Below are positions 8,653-17,730 of a DNA stretch of 64,000 nt, piece by piece. The position numbers and the translations under genes were made by a program. Each line of letters opens with the position of its first letter. Position 1 is the first letter of the stretch. Origin of the DNA: Abditibacteriota bacterium (GTDB lineage Bacteria; Armatimonadota; UBA5829); the NCBI GenBank assembly GCA_017552965.1, contig JAFZNQ010000117.1, positions 1,319 through 65,318 on the forward strand, written 5' to 3'. The notes beneath the pieces were generated by a model. That model did no database searches. It was not told the origin of the DNA and saw only the letters and a program-made list of their open reading frames with translations.

Positions 8653-9700
8653 AAAATTCAGGATAGGCTTGGTGGGAACAGGCTCCATCTGCAATTACGC
8701 CCACATACCCGCTCTGAAAAACATGCCCGAGATCGAGATAGCCGCTATCTGCGACATCGATCCCAAGGCGCTGGACAACACCAAGAAGAACCTGGGCAAC
8801 GACACTATACCCGCGTTCCTCAGCCACAAGGACATGCTGGGCGCCCGTCTGGATCTGGATGCGGTGCACATCTGCACCCCCAACTACGCCCACTCGCCCA
8901 TAGCGGTGGACTTTCTGGGAGCGGATATACACGTATTCTGCGAGAAGCCCATTTCCATGACCCGGGCCGAGGCTCAGAAGATGCTGGACGCCGAGAAGAA
9001 GTCCAAGGCCGTGCTGTCCGTGGGACACTGCTGGCGCTACAACAACGAAATGGTGGCTCTGAAGAAGTTCGTGGACGCAGGCCGGCTGGGTGAGATATAC
9101 TACGCCAAGGCCATATCCAACCGCCGCAGAGGCATCCCCGGCTGGGGTGTGTTCTGCGACCTGGAGAAGCAGGGCGGCGGCTGTATGATAGACTGCGGCT
9201 GCCACGCTCTGGACACTGCTCTCTGGCTCACCGGCAACCCCAAGCCCGTGTCCGTCAGCGGATGCAGCTACTCCAAGCTGGGCAACAATAAGGATATCGC
9301 CGATATGGGAGGCGACTGGGCCTGGGACAGGGACACCTTCAACATAGAGGACTTCTGCACCGGTCTGGTGAAGTTTGAGAACGGTATGACCATGTATATC
9401 GAATCCAGCTTTGCCGCCCACATAGAGAAGGATTACTTCGGCGTGCAGCTCATAGGCGACAAGGGCGGAGCCACCACGGCCCCCCTGAAGATATACACCG
9501 ACGAGAACAAGGTGATGCTCAACATCACTCCCGCCCATCTTCAGCCCTCTTCGCCCCACGCAGACGAGATCAAGGACTTTTACACCGCTCTGGCTGAAGG
9601 CGGGGAAATACCCATCAAAGCCTGGCAGGCCTACGACGTGATCAGCATCATAGACGCTATATACGAGTCCGGCCGCACCGGCGAGACCATCAGGCTCTGA
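8645..9700 (+). CDS. Gfo/Idh/MocA family NAD(P)-dependent oxidoreductase
   Basis: N-terminal Rossmann IGLVGTGSI..YAHIPAL and central EKP motif; translationally coupled to the beta-helix gene (ATGAGTAA overlap). Confidence 0.75.
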   Translation: MSKKFRIGLVGTGSICNYAHIPALKNMPEIEIAAICDIDPKALDNTKKNLGNDTIPAFLSHKDMLGARLDLDAVHICTPNYAHSPIAVDFLGADIHVFCEKPISMTRAEAQKMLDAEKKSKAVLSVGHCWRYNNEMVALKKFVDAGRLGEIYYAKAISNRRRGIPGWGVFCDLEKQGGGCMIDCGCHALDTALWLTGNPKPVSVSGCSYSKLGNNKDIADMGGDWAWDRDTFNIEDFCTGLVKFENGMTMYIESSFAAHIEKDYFGVQLIGDKGGATTAPLKIYTDENKVMLNITPAHLQPSSPHADEIKDFYTALAEGGEIPIKAWQAYDVISIIDAIYESGRTGETIRL

Positions 9701-9742
9701 CGGGCTTACGATCGGGATCTGGAAAAGCATCCCGGAAAATGT

Positions 9743-9779
9743 GTTCTGCCCGGACTGTCCGGGCAGAACAGTTTTTTTT
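9743..9779. terminator. rho-independent terminator
   Basis: gttctgcccgg-actgt-ccgggcagaac followed by TTTTTTTT. Confidence 0.7.
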
Positions 9780-9801
9780 GTCGCAAGTCACACGATCCGT
9801 A

Positions 9802-10221
9802 TCACCTGACAATAAACACTTCGGAGGCGTTGTTTGTGGGGTCGTGGGAATCGCCAAAGAATTTCTTTTCCATACGAAAGCCTGCGAACTCAATTATGAT
9901 GATCGTCATATTCCCCGCGTCTACCCAGGTGTATTCTGTGTTGGAGGTTCTGTGCTGTGTTACATCGCAGGGGCCCAACAGGGCCTCCACATCCCCGAGG
10001 GTCATGGCGCCTGTGATCTTCAGATAGTTGTCTTTGGTGACGAGCGGATTCTTGGTGGTCACGCACGTCATGCTGCCCTGAGCTGCTCCGATCGCTGAGG
10101 TTCGTTCTTCTTCAAGGACTTTGGCGCGGACGTGTAAGATGACGCCGCACAGTATCAAAAGCGCGATAGCTATTGCTGCTCCGACGCCGATAAAAATACG
10201 CTTCTTTTTCGCTAAATCCAT
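9802..10221 (-). CDS. small membrane-anchored hypothetical protein (N-terminal TM helix)
   Basis: MDLAKKKRIFIGVGAAIAIALLILCGVIL is a TM anchor, followed by a soluble domain; no recognisable family. Confidence 0.45.
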   Translation of the reverse strand: MDLAKKKRIFIGVGAAIAIALLILCGVILHVRAKVLEEERTSAIGAAQGSMTCVTTKNPLVTKDNYLKITGAMTLGDVEALLGPCDVTQHRTSNTEYTWVDAGNMTIIIIEFAGFRMEKKFFGDSHDPTNNASEVFIVR

Positions 10222-10387
10222 ATCGCTTGCTCTTCTCCCTGATTATTATAATTGCTGCAGAGATGTATATCTCTTCATGTACTTATTATATCATTTTTTT
10301 TTTCTGAAATCAAGCGGCGGCGTTTTGGGCGATGAGGTAATGTCATACGCCTGCGAAAGACAGCCGGGCGCACACGGCTCCTTTCTA

Positions 10388-10416
10388 TTGAATATGGAGA
10401 GCGTTTTTGCTATAAT
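10388..10416 (+). promoter_or_regulatory. sigma-70 promoter for pheS-pheT
   Basis: TTGAAT-17 nt-TATAAT, about 35 nt before ATG 10452; no T-box leader present. Confidence 0.5.
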
Positions 10417-10451
10417 ATATATTTGGAATAAGTAGTTTTTCGAGGATAAAT

Positions 10452-11477
10452 ATGGCAGAATTTGCAGAATTAGAGCTTCTTCTGAAGGAAGCCACCGACC
10501 GAATAAAGCAGGCGCTGCACACAGAGGAGCTGGAAGCGGCAGTCACCGGTTATCTGGGCCGCAAGGGCGAGCTCACCGGGCAGCTGAGAAAGATAGCCAC
10601 TCTCCCCAAGGAGCAGAAAAAGGATTTTGGCCAGAGAGTCAATCAGATCAAGGACGCCCTCACAGCTCTCGCAGAGGCCAGGAGAGAGCAGCTCGCCGAC
10701 TCCGAAAAGGCTGCCAGACTGCAGGCAGAGGCCGTGGACGTCACTTTGCCGGGCAGGCTCTTCCGCACCGGGCACACCCACATCATGTTTGACACCATAT
10801 TCAAGGTGAAGGAAGTCTTTGCGGGTATGGGCTACGAGATAGTGGAAGGCCCCGAGATAGAGTATTATAAATACAATTTTGAAGTTCTGAATTATCCTCC
10901 CGAGCACCCGGCCATGGACGAGCAGATGTCCTTTTATATCACTGACGAAAGGCTGCTCCGCACCCAGACCACGGCTTATCAGGGCCGTCAGATCCCCCTG
11001 CATTCCATTCCCATGAAGGTCTGCACCGTAGGCAAGTGCTACAGAAGGGAGAACGTGGACGCCACTCACGGTCACACCTTTCATCAGGTGGACTGCTTCT
11101 GCATAGACAAGGGCATCAGCATGGCCGACCTGAAGGGCACGCTGCAGGAATTTGCCTCTCAGATGTTTGGCAAGGACGTGAAGGTGCGGTTCCGCCCGGA
11201 CTTCTTCCCCTTCGTGGAGCCCGGCGCCGAGATCGCCATCAGCTGCGTGCTGTGCGGCGGCAAGGGCTGCAACGTGTGCAAGGGCTCCGGCTGGCTGGAG
11301 CTGGGCGGCGCCGGCATGATACACGAAAACATCCTGACCGCCATGGGCATCGACCCCAACGTGTATTCGGGCTTTGCCTTCGGACTGGGCATAGAGAGGA
11401 CCCCTATGCTCCAGAGAGGCATAAAGGACCTGAGGCTGTTTACCGAAAACGACTTGAGATTTTTGAGGCAACTGTAA
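10452..11477 (+). CDS. pheS: phenylalanine--tRNA ligase alpha subunit
   Basis: Class II aaRS motifs (FRPDFFPFVEPGAE, GAGMIHENIL, GLGIERTPML). Confidence 0.9.
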   Translation: MAEFAELELLLKEATDRIKQALHTEELEAAVTGYLGRKGELTGQLRKIATLPKEQKKDFGQRVNQIKDALTALAEARREQLADSEKAARLQAEAVDVTLPGRLFRTGHTHIMFDTIFKVKEVFAGMGYEIVEGPEIEYYKYNFEVLNYPPEHPAMDEQMSFYITDERLLRTQTTAYQGRQIPLHSIPMKVCTVGKCYRRENVDATHGHTFHQVDCFCIDKGISMADLKGTLQEFASQMFGKDVKVRFRPDFFPFVEPGAEIAISCVLCGGKGCNVCKGSGWLELGGAGMIHENILTAMGIDPNVYSGFAFGLGIERTPMLQRGIKDLRLFTENDLRFLRQL

Positions 11478-11478
11478 A

Positions 11479-13527
11479 ATGAAATTAGCTGTTTCCTGGT
11501 TGAAGGATTTTGTACATACGGGCACCGATATCGATTCTCTTGCCGCCGCCATCACCATGAACGGTCTGGAGGTGGAGGAGTCCTACGTTCTGGGCCCCGA
11601 GGATTTTGCCGCCGCCGGCGGCGCGAAGGCCGAAGAGCTGTGCTGGGACGTGAAGGTGACCCCCAACAGAGGCGACTGGCTGTCCATACTGGGCGTGGCC
11701 CGGGAGGTGGCCATAGTCAACAACGCTCCCATCCGGATGCCCGAGGTCAGGGACGTCCCCATGGGCAAGTGTCCCGTGAGCATCAATATAGCCACGGACA
11801 AATGCCGGAGATATATAGGTGTGGCCATCAACGGAGTGCGCCTGGCTCCCTCGCCGGACTGGATGGCAAACAGGCTCATCGCGGCAGGCATGCGGCCCAT
11901 CAACAACGTGGTGGACATCACCAACTACTGCATGCTGGAGCTGGGGCAGCCCTTCCACGCCTTTGACAGACGGTTCATCAAGGGCGACGAGATAAACGTG
12001 CGCCAGGCCTCGGAAGGGGAGAAGCTCACTACCCTGGACGAGACGGAAAGAGTCCTGGATGCAGGTATGATGGTCATAGCAGACAGCGCCGAGCCCGTGG
12101 CTCTGGCCGGCATTATGGGCGGCCTGGGCTCGGAAATACGGGAAGACACGGCGGACATCTTTCTGGAGACTGCCATATTTGACTGCACCAACGTGCGCCG
12201 CACCTCCAAAAAGCTGAATCTGTCCACCGAGAGCTCTTACCGTTTTGAGCGCACCGTGGATGAAGATATGGCCCTCTATGCTGCCAAAAGAGCCGTGAGC
12301 CTCATTCTGGAGCTGGCGGGCGGCGTGATCGAGGGCGGCATGGACGACGTATATCCCGAGCCTTTGGAGCCCCGGATCATCATCTCCAACCCCGAGCGCA
12401 TCAACACCATGCTGGGCATGGACCTGGACCCCGGCTTTATGGCGGAATGTCTGAACATCGGTCTGCTGCCCACTGTGATAAAGGACGGCTTTCTGGTCAC
12501 CGAGGTCCCCGCTTACAGGACCGACCTGGTGAAGCCGGTGGATATGGTGGAGGAAGTGGGCAGAGTCTTCGGCTATGACAAGATCGGCACCACTATGCCC
12601 AGGACCGACAATGCCGGCAGACAGTCTCCCGAGAGCCTGTTTCATCTGAAGCTGAGGCAGACCCTGCTGAGCGTGGGCGGCCAGGAAATACTGACCCACA
12701 GCATGATCAACTCGGATCAGAACGCCTTTTTTGAGAATGCGGCCAGCCAGGTCAAGGTGCGCAACGCCCTGTCAGGAGAGCTGGACGCCATGAGGCTGAG
12801 CCTGATCCCCAACGCTCTGGAGGTCATCACCACCAATCAGGCCCATCAGGAAAACGACATCAACCTCTTTGAGATAGCCAAGGTCTATTTCGTCAACGAC
12901 GAGGGCGTCATAGACGAGGCTATGAGGGTGTCCGGCGCCGCTGCGGGAGGCCTGTGGAACAACAGCTGGGGCATCAACTGCGCGGACTGCAAGACGGATT
13001 TCTTCACGGTAAAGGCCATAGTGGAGAACCTGCTGTCCGCTGCGGGCATCAAGGATGCGGAATACAAGCCCTGCGCCCGCAAATACCTGCATCCCACCAG
13101 GGCTGCCGAGGTGTTTGCCGGCGGCAGGAGCCTGGGCTGCTTTGGCGAAGCTTCCGCCGAGATATGCGACTATGCGGGAGTAAGAGGCAGAGCCTACGTC
13201 TATGAGCTGGATTTTGAGGGGCTGATGGCCCTCTCGGACACCGGCTTTGCATACACCCCTGTGGAAAAATTCCCCGCTATCATCAGGGACATCACCGTGG
13301 TGCTCTCGGGCAAGACCTACGACTCCATACTGCAGACCGCCTGGGCTGCGGCGGACGATATAGTCCGGGATATCACCCTGAAGGACGTATTTGAGAGCGA
13401 AAAGCTGGGCAAGGGCAACAAGTCCTACACACTGCAGATACTCATGAGGGCCGGGCGCACTCTGACCGACGCGGAGGCCAACGACGCTCAAAACAGGATC
13501 AAGGCCGCTCTGGAAGCGGAGCGATAA
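11479..13527 (+). CDS. pheT: phenylalanine--tRNA ligase beta subunit, short form lacking the N-terminal EMAP/tRNA-binding OB domain (682 aa)
   Basis: MKLAVSWLKDFV N-terminus, B3/B4 domain (VTPNRGDWLSILGVAREVA), B5 and C-terminal FDX-ACB-like domains; immediately follows pheS. Confidence 0.85.
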   Translation: MKLAVSWLKDFVHTGTDIDSLAAAITMNGLEVEESYVLGPEDFAAAGGAKAEELCWDVKVTPNRGDWLSILGVAREVAIVNNAPIRMPEVRDVPMGKCPVSINIATDKCRRYIGVAINGVRLAPSPDWMANRLIAAGMRPINNVVDITNYCMLELGQPFHAFDRRFIKGDEINVRQASEGEKLTTLDETERVLDAGMMVIADSAEPVALAGIMGGLGSEIREDTADIFLETAIFDCTNVRRTSKKLNLSTESSYRFERTVDEDMALYAAKRAVSLILELAGGVIEGGMDDVYPEPLEPRIIISNPERINTMLGMDLDPGFMAECLNIGLLPTVIKDGFLVTEVPAYRTDLVKPVDMVEEVGRVFGYDKIGTTMPRTDNAGRQSPESLFHLKLRQTLLSVGGQEILTHSMINSDQNAFFENAASQVKVRNALSGELDAMRLSLIPNALEVITTNQAHQENDINLFEIAKVYFVNDEGVIDEAMRVSGAAAGGLWNNSWGINCADCKTDFFTVKAIVENLLSAAGIKDAEYKPCARKYLHPTRAAEVFAGGRSLGCFGEASAEICDYAGVRGRAYVYELDFEGLMALSDTGFAYTPVEKFPAIIRDITVVLSGKTYDSILQTAWAAADDIVRDITLKDVFESEKLGKGNKSYTLQILMRAGRTLTDAEANDAQNRIKAALEAER

Positions 13528-13532
13528 TACAA

Positions 13533-13558
13533 GGGGCTCCCGAAAGGAGCCCTTTTAT
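13533..13558 (+). terminator. rho-independent terminator after pheT
   Basis: gggctcc-cgaaa-ggagccc followed by TTTTAT. Confidence 0.55.
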
Positions 13559-13576
13559 ACATAAGGCGGATATATT

Positions 13577-14347
13577 ATGATAAAGGTAGCTGTTCTCGGA
13601 GCCTGCGGACGGATGGGCTCTCAGGTGATAGAAGCTGTCCTCTCTGACAGCGAATGCGCGCTGACCGGTGCCTGTGACGTGGTCAGAGTGGGCGAGACCA
13701 TAGGCGGAGTCGTCATCAAGGGGTTTCCGGCCGAGATGATAGCGGAGGAAAAGCCCGACGCGGTGGTGGATTTTGCCAAGCCCTTCAGCATGAAAAACGT
13801 GCGCATGCTCATGGAGGCGGGCATAGTCCCGGTGATCGGGACCACCGGCCAGACAGAGCAGGAGATAGAGGAGATGAAGGAGCTGTCAAAGGCCACCGGC
13901 TGCGCCTGTTTTCTGATCCCCAACTTTGCCATAGGCGCCGTGCTCATGATGAAATACGCCGGCGAGATAGCCAAATATATGCCCGACGCCGAGATCATAG
14001 AGCTGCACCACGACAAAAAGGTGGACTCTCCCTCCGGCACGGCCCTGAAGACTGCCCGGATCATTGCCGAGAGCCGCAAGGCCGCAGGCGTGGAGCCCTC
14101 TCTGCCTTTGGGCAGCTTTTCCGACCCGGCCCGGGGCTACAGCGAGATAGACCGCATACCCATCCACTCCGTGCGCCTGCAGGGCTATGTGGCGCACCAG
14201 GAGGTCATATTCGGCGGCAAGGGCCAGACCCTGACCCTGAGGCATGACAGCATAGACCGCACCTCCTTTATGCCCGGGGTGCTCCTGTGCGTCAAGGCGG
14301 CGGTCACCCGCCATGACTTTGTGTACGGCCTGGAGAACCTGCTCTGA
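13577..14347 (+). CDS. dapB: 4-hydroxy-tetrahydrodipicolinate reductase
   Basis: MIKVAVLGACGRMGSQVIEAV..., EL.HDKKVDSPSGTA motif. Confidence 0.85.
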   Translation: MIKVAVLGACGRMGSQVIEAVLSDSECALTGACDVVRVGETIGGVVIKGFPAEMIAEEKPDAVVDFAKPFSMKNVRMLMEAGIVPVIGTTGQTEQEIEEMKELSKATGCACFLIPNFAIGAVLMMKYAGEIAKYMPDAEIIELHHDKKVDSPSGTALKTARIIAESRKAAGVEPSLPLGSFSDPARGYSEIDRIPIHSVRLQGYVAHQEVIFGGKGQTLTLRHDSIDRTSFMPGVLLCVKAAVTRHDFVYGLENLL

Positions 14348-15117
14348 TGTATACCCGGGAGCAGTTGACCGAAGACGTGAAGTCCCTGGGTATAGACCCC
14401 CGGGGCGTATTGCTGGTGCACTCTTCCATGAAGGCCATAGGCCCCGTGGAGGGAGGCGCCGACACGGTGCTGGACGTGTTTTGCGATTATATGCGGGACG
14501 GGCTGCTGGTTTTCCCCACCCATACCTGGGCGACCATAAACAGCAAGCATCCGGGCCCCTATGATTACCGCACCGAGCCCTCCTGCGTGGGGATCCTCAC
14601 CGAGCTTTTCAGAAAAAGACCCGGTGTGGTAAGGTCCCTGCATCCCACCCATTCGGTGGCCTGCCTGGGCAAGGGGGCCCGGGAGTTCGTCCTGGGCGAC
14701 CATCTCACTCTGACCCCCTGCGACCCCCGGGGCTGCTGGGGCGAGCTGCACAGGCGCAACGCCCAGGTGCTGCTGGTGGGCTGCGGCGCCAAGCGCAACA
14801 CCTTTTTGCACTATGTGGAAGAAGCGAACCATATCCCCGACCGGCTGAGCGCCGAGCAGGTGACCATAGATATCGTCATGCCCAACGGCTCGATGTATAA
14901 AAAGAAGAATATTTTTCACTCGTCGTCCCGGGGCGACGTGTCCCAGAACTACGACAAGATGGCGCCCGTTTTTCTCAGAGAAGGAGCCATGCGCATGGGG
15001 CGTTTCGGCGACGCCAGGTGCTATCTGGGCTTCTGCGGCCCCATGGCGGAGATCACCGGCCGGTATCTCCGGCAGGATCCGGACTTGTTTTCGGACGACA
15101 CTCCTGTCAAAATGTGA
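14347..15117 (+). CDS. aminoglycoside N(3)-acetyltransferase family protein (AAC(3)/Antibiotic_NAT fold)
   Basis: VLLVHSSMKAIG..., SLHPTHSVA, TFLHYVEE motifs characteristic of the AAC(3) family; start overlaps the dapB stop (TGATG). Confidence 0.7.
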   Translation: MYTREQLTEDVKSLGIDPRGVLLVHSSMKAIGPVEGGADTVLDVFCDYMRDGLLVFPTHTWATINSKHPGPYDYRTEPSCVGILTELFRKRPGVVRSLHPTHSVACLGKGAREFVLGDHLTLTPCDPRGCWGELHRRNAQVLLVGCGAKRNTFLHYVEEANHIPDRLSAEQVTIDIVMPNGSMYKKKNIFHSSSRGDVSQNYDKMAPVFLREGAMRMGRFGDARCYLGFCGPMAEITGRYLRQDPDLFSDDTPVKM

Positions 15118-15141
15118 GACTGCCCGACGGGCGGCTATGGC

Positions 15142-15225
15142 GCTGCTGTCGGAAAAGTGCCCTGAGACGGCGCGAAAGCGCCGCGGCAGGGCATAATTAA
15201 ATAATGCGTGTCGGAAGCGTATGCG
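15142..15225 (+). promoter_or_regulatory. copy 1 of a conserved hairpin-CATAAT intergenic motif (see findings)
   Basis: ccctgagacggcgc-gaaa-gcgccgcggcaggg followed by cataattaaataatgcgtgtcggaag; homologous to the motifs at 45041-45115 and 47840-47936. Confidence 0.4.
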
Positions 15226-15735
15226 GGCAACAGGACCATAGTGGAACCAGGCGCCCGATCTCCCGAATACAAGATACTGTCGGACAACGTAGTGTGTCAG
15301 TCCTATTCCGACGGCAGTGTGGAGCATTGGAAGATCAGCCTGTCGGATGAGGATATTGAGAAAAACCGGGAGAAATGGCGCGAGGAATATACCCGGGAAA
15401 ACGGCAAGTTTGCAAAGTATGACGCGGGGAACAAACATCTGTTGTGGTGGAACGGAGTCGGCAAGCGCAGATCAATAATGGATGACACCCATATTCAGGC
15501 GATGTGGTGTTATCACGAAGGGGGAGAAGAGCCGTCCGCCGAGTCTTATGCTTCAATGATTTTTGCCAAGACAATGGGCGAACCTGCGCGTGTCTCCCGG
15601 TCCAGGAGCGCCGCAGGTCCCTCGGCGCAGCGCGCCGAAGCGACCTCAAGCGAAGAAATGGGCAATGCCGCTCCGAGCCTGTTTGCCCGGCTGATAGCGA
15701 AGGTGAAGGACTTCTTTGCCGGGCTGTTCGCGTAA
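15208..15735 (+). CDS. hypothetical protein; no in-frame ATG near the 5' end (GTG start assumed), start uncertain
   Basis: Protein-like charged central region (HWKISLSDEDIEKNREKWREEYTRENGKFAKYD); A/T-richer third codon positions than neighbouring genes; overlaps motif copy 1. Confidence 0.3.
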   Translation: MSEAYAGNRTIVEPGARSPEYKILSDNVVCQSYSDGSVEHWKISLSDEDIEKNREKWREEYTRENGKFAKYDAGNKHLLWWNGVGKRRSIMDDTHIQAMWCYHEGGEEPSAESYASMIFAKTMGEPARVSRSRSAAGPSAQRAEATSSEEMGNAAPSLFARLIAKVKDFFAGLFA

Positions 15736-15758
15736 GCCGCCGGTATAAATGAACGAAA

Positions 15759-15786
15759 GCAGGTCTCGGGCGAGACCTGCTTTTTT
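15759..15786. terminator. bidirectional rho-independent terminator
   Basis: gcaggtctc-gggc-gagacctgc followed by TTTTTT. Confidence 0.65.
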
Positions 15787-15798
15787 ACCCGGGGTGAA

Positions 15799-17730
15799 TT
15801 ATACTTCCGCCTCGCCGGGCTTTTTCTTCCACACCTTTTCCGCCAGCATCAGAGCCGCGGGCTTGGGCCTGCGGTGAAAGTCCACGATGGAGGTGTTGCA
15901 GGGGCAGGGGTAGTTGTCATGCCCCATCCACAGTATGAAGCCTCCGCAGGCGGGGAATTTGTTCTTGCACAGGCCAACGGCCCGGGTGAGAAGCTCCGCC
16001 TGTCTGGCCTGAGACCACAGCACGTATTCCTCGCAGCTCTTGGGCTGCCTGCCCGTTTCCTTGCGGAAGGTCCCGGTCTCCGACCACCAGCCCATGGGTC
16101 TGAACCAGAAGGGGTTGTCGTCGGTGATGGGGTAGGGCGACAGGTCGCCTTTGTATTCCTCCAGTATGTCCATGGGTGAGGCTCCGGGGGCTCCGGTCTC
16201 CGCCCGAAACATGGAGTCCTCCCGGGTAAAGAGCTCTGTCCACTCCTCCCTGTCCCCGGCCAGCCAGGGGCCGTGGGTGTTGTGGTGGAGTCCCTTGCCG
16301 GCGTCTGCGGGGTCGCAATACATCCTGGGGCCCGTAGGCGACGCGGGGATATACCTGCGGCCGGGGTCCAGGGCTGCCACCGTGTCTCCCAGAGCTTTGA
16401 GCATGGGGTGCTCCATGCCGCAGGGAGTCGCTATGCCGTCCCTGACGGAAAAGAGCTCGTTGCCGCCGCACCACAGTATGAGGGAGGGGTGGTGCTTGCG
16501 TCGCTTGATATAGGTCTCGGCGGTGCGGACCATCATATCTATGACTGCCGGGTCCTCGGAGGGATAGTTGTCTATGGCGGAGGAGCTCTGAGGGAATTCC
16601 TGCCAGACCATGATGCCGGCTCTGTCGCACAGGTCGTAAAAGATCTCTCTTTCCAGGATGGCGCCTCCCCAGACCCTGAATATATTGACTCCCAGGGACT
16701 TGTAGAGGTCTATGAGCTCCCTGTACATATCCTCTGTGACGTCGGCAAAATTGTGCACCGGGGGCACCCAGTTGACTCCCTGCAGGAACTGAGGCTCTCC
16801 GTTGACCGAGCACAGCCAGCCGTCGGCGCCTTCCGGCGCTCCCGCAGTGGGAAGCCACTCTACACGGCGGAAGCCCACCTGCCTGGTGATCTCTCCCAGC
16901 TCGTCTCCCTCCGAGGAGATGACGGAGGCTGTCAGGGTGTAGAGGGCGGCTCTGCCGGCGCCGTTGGGCTGCCAGGGCTCCACCGGGAGCCCGGACCAGC
17001 TGGCGGTGAAGCGGTCCCCGTCTATGAGCACTGTGTCAGACTTCAGGATAGCGGCGCCGTCCGACAGCTCCAGACTGGCGGTGCCGCCGGTGCTCCCTGT
17101 CAGATGACCCGTGAGCTGCAGGCTGCCGCCGTCGCTGTAGTCAGTCTCCATATCGACCCAGTCTATCATGGGGCCGTTGGTCTCGGTGATGGTGATGCTG
17201 TCCCAGATGCCCGTCTGGACCAGACGGCAGGTCCAGTCCCAGGTATAGTAGTATCTGGGCTTGCCGCAGGTCATTTGGCCGGTGCTGCCAAAGCAGCCCA
17301 GCCAGTAGGGGTTGGCCGTAAACACTATCCTGAGGGAGCAGTCCTCGCCTCTGGACACGCAGTCCGATATGTCTATGCGGTAGTTCTGCAGACTGTTGGC
17401 AAAGCGAAGGACGCAGCTGCCGTTGACGAATATCTCGCCCGCGTAGTCCAGCCCCTCGCAGCACAGCCAGGTGTGCCGTTTGCCGGAAAAGCAGGAGCCG
17501 GGCACCGTGGTGTCAAACACCCAGTGCCTGTGCTCTATCCATTCGATGCTTCTGTGTCTGTCCCCCGTGAGCCAGTCTTCTATCACCCCGGCATCCAGAA
17601 GAGCCTTCTGGACAGAGCAGGGGATATGGCAGCTGACGGGCTTGACGTCGGGCTTGCCGAAGCTTGTCCGCCAGCTGTCGGGATGATAGCCTGTCAGGGT
17701 CCAGGTCAGACCCGAAAGATCAAAGGTCAT
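15799..17730 (-). CDS. glycoside hydrolase family 2 protein (beta-mannosidase/exo-glucosaminidase-like)
   Basis: GH2 sugar-binding N-terminal domain plus TIM barrel with the LWCGGNE acid/base region. Confidence 0.65.
   Translation of the reverse strand: MTFDLSGLTWTLTGYHPDSWRTSFGKPDVKPVSCHIPCSVQKALLDAGVIEDWLTGDRHRSIEWIEHRHWVFDTTVPGSCFSGKRHTWLCCEGLDYAGEIFVNGSCVLRFANSLQNYRIDISDCVSRGEDCSLRIVFTANPYWLGCFGSTGQMTCGKPRYYYTWDWTCRLVQTGIWDSITITETNGPMIDWVDMETDYSDGGSLQLTGHLTGSTGGTASLELSDGAAILKSDTVLIDGDRFTASWSGLPVEPWQPNGAGRAALYTLTASVISSEGDELGEITRQVGFRRVEWLPTAGAPEGADGWLCSVNGEPQFLQGVNWVPPVHNFADVTEDMYRELIDLYKSLGVNIFRVWGGAILEREIFYDLCDRAGIMVWQEFPQSSSAIDNYPSEDPAVIDMMVRTAETYIKRRKHHPSLILWCGGNELFSVRDGIATPCGMEHPMLKALGDTVAALDPGRRYIPASPTGPRMYCDPADAGKGLHHNTHGPWLAGDREEWTELFTREDSMFRAETGAPGASPMDILEEYKGDLSPYPITDDNPFWFRPMGWWSETGTFRKETGRQPKSCEEYVLWSQARQAELLTRAVGLCKNKFPACGGFILWMGHDNYPCPCNTSIVDFHRRPKPAALMLAEKVWKKKPGEAEV

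Noticed and set aside
10286-10300. T10 homopolymer tract upstream of the minus-strand membrane-protein gene as a phase-variation switch
   Set aside because: It lies about 70 nt upstream of the start in a generally AT-rich promoter region and is not between -35 and -10 elements I could define. Insufficient evidence.
10222-10451. Possible T-box riboswitch upstream of pheS
   Set aside because: The leader after the predicted promoter is only about 35 nt, and no GGGTGG/ACCGCG T-box core or specifier-loop architecture is present.
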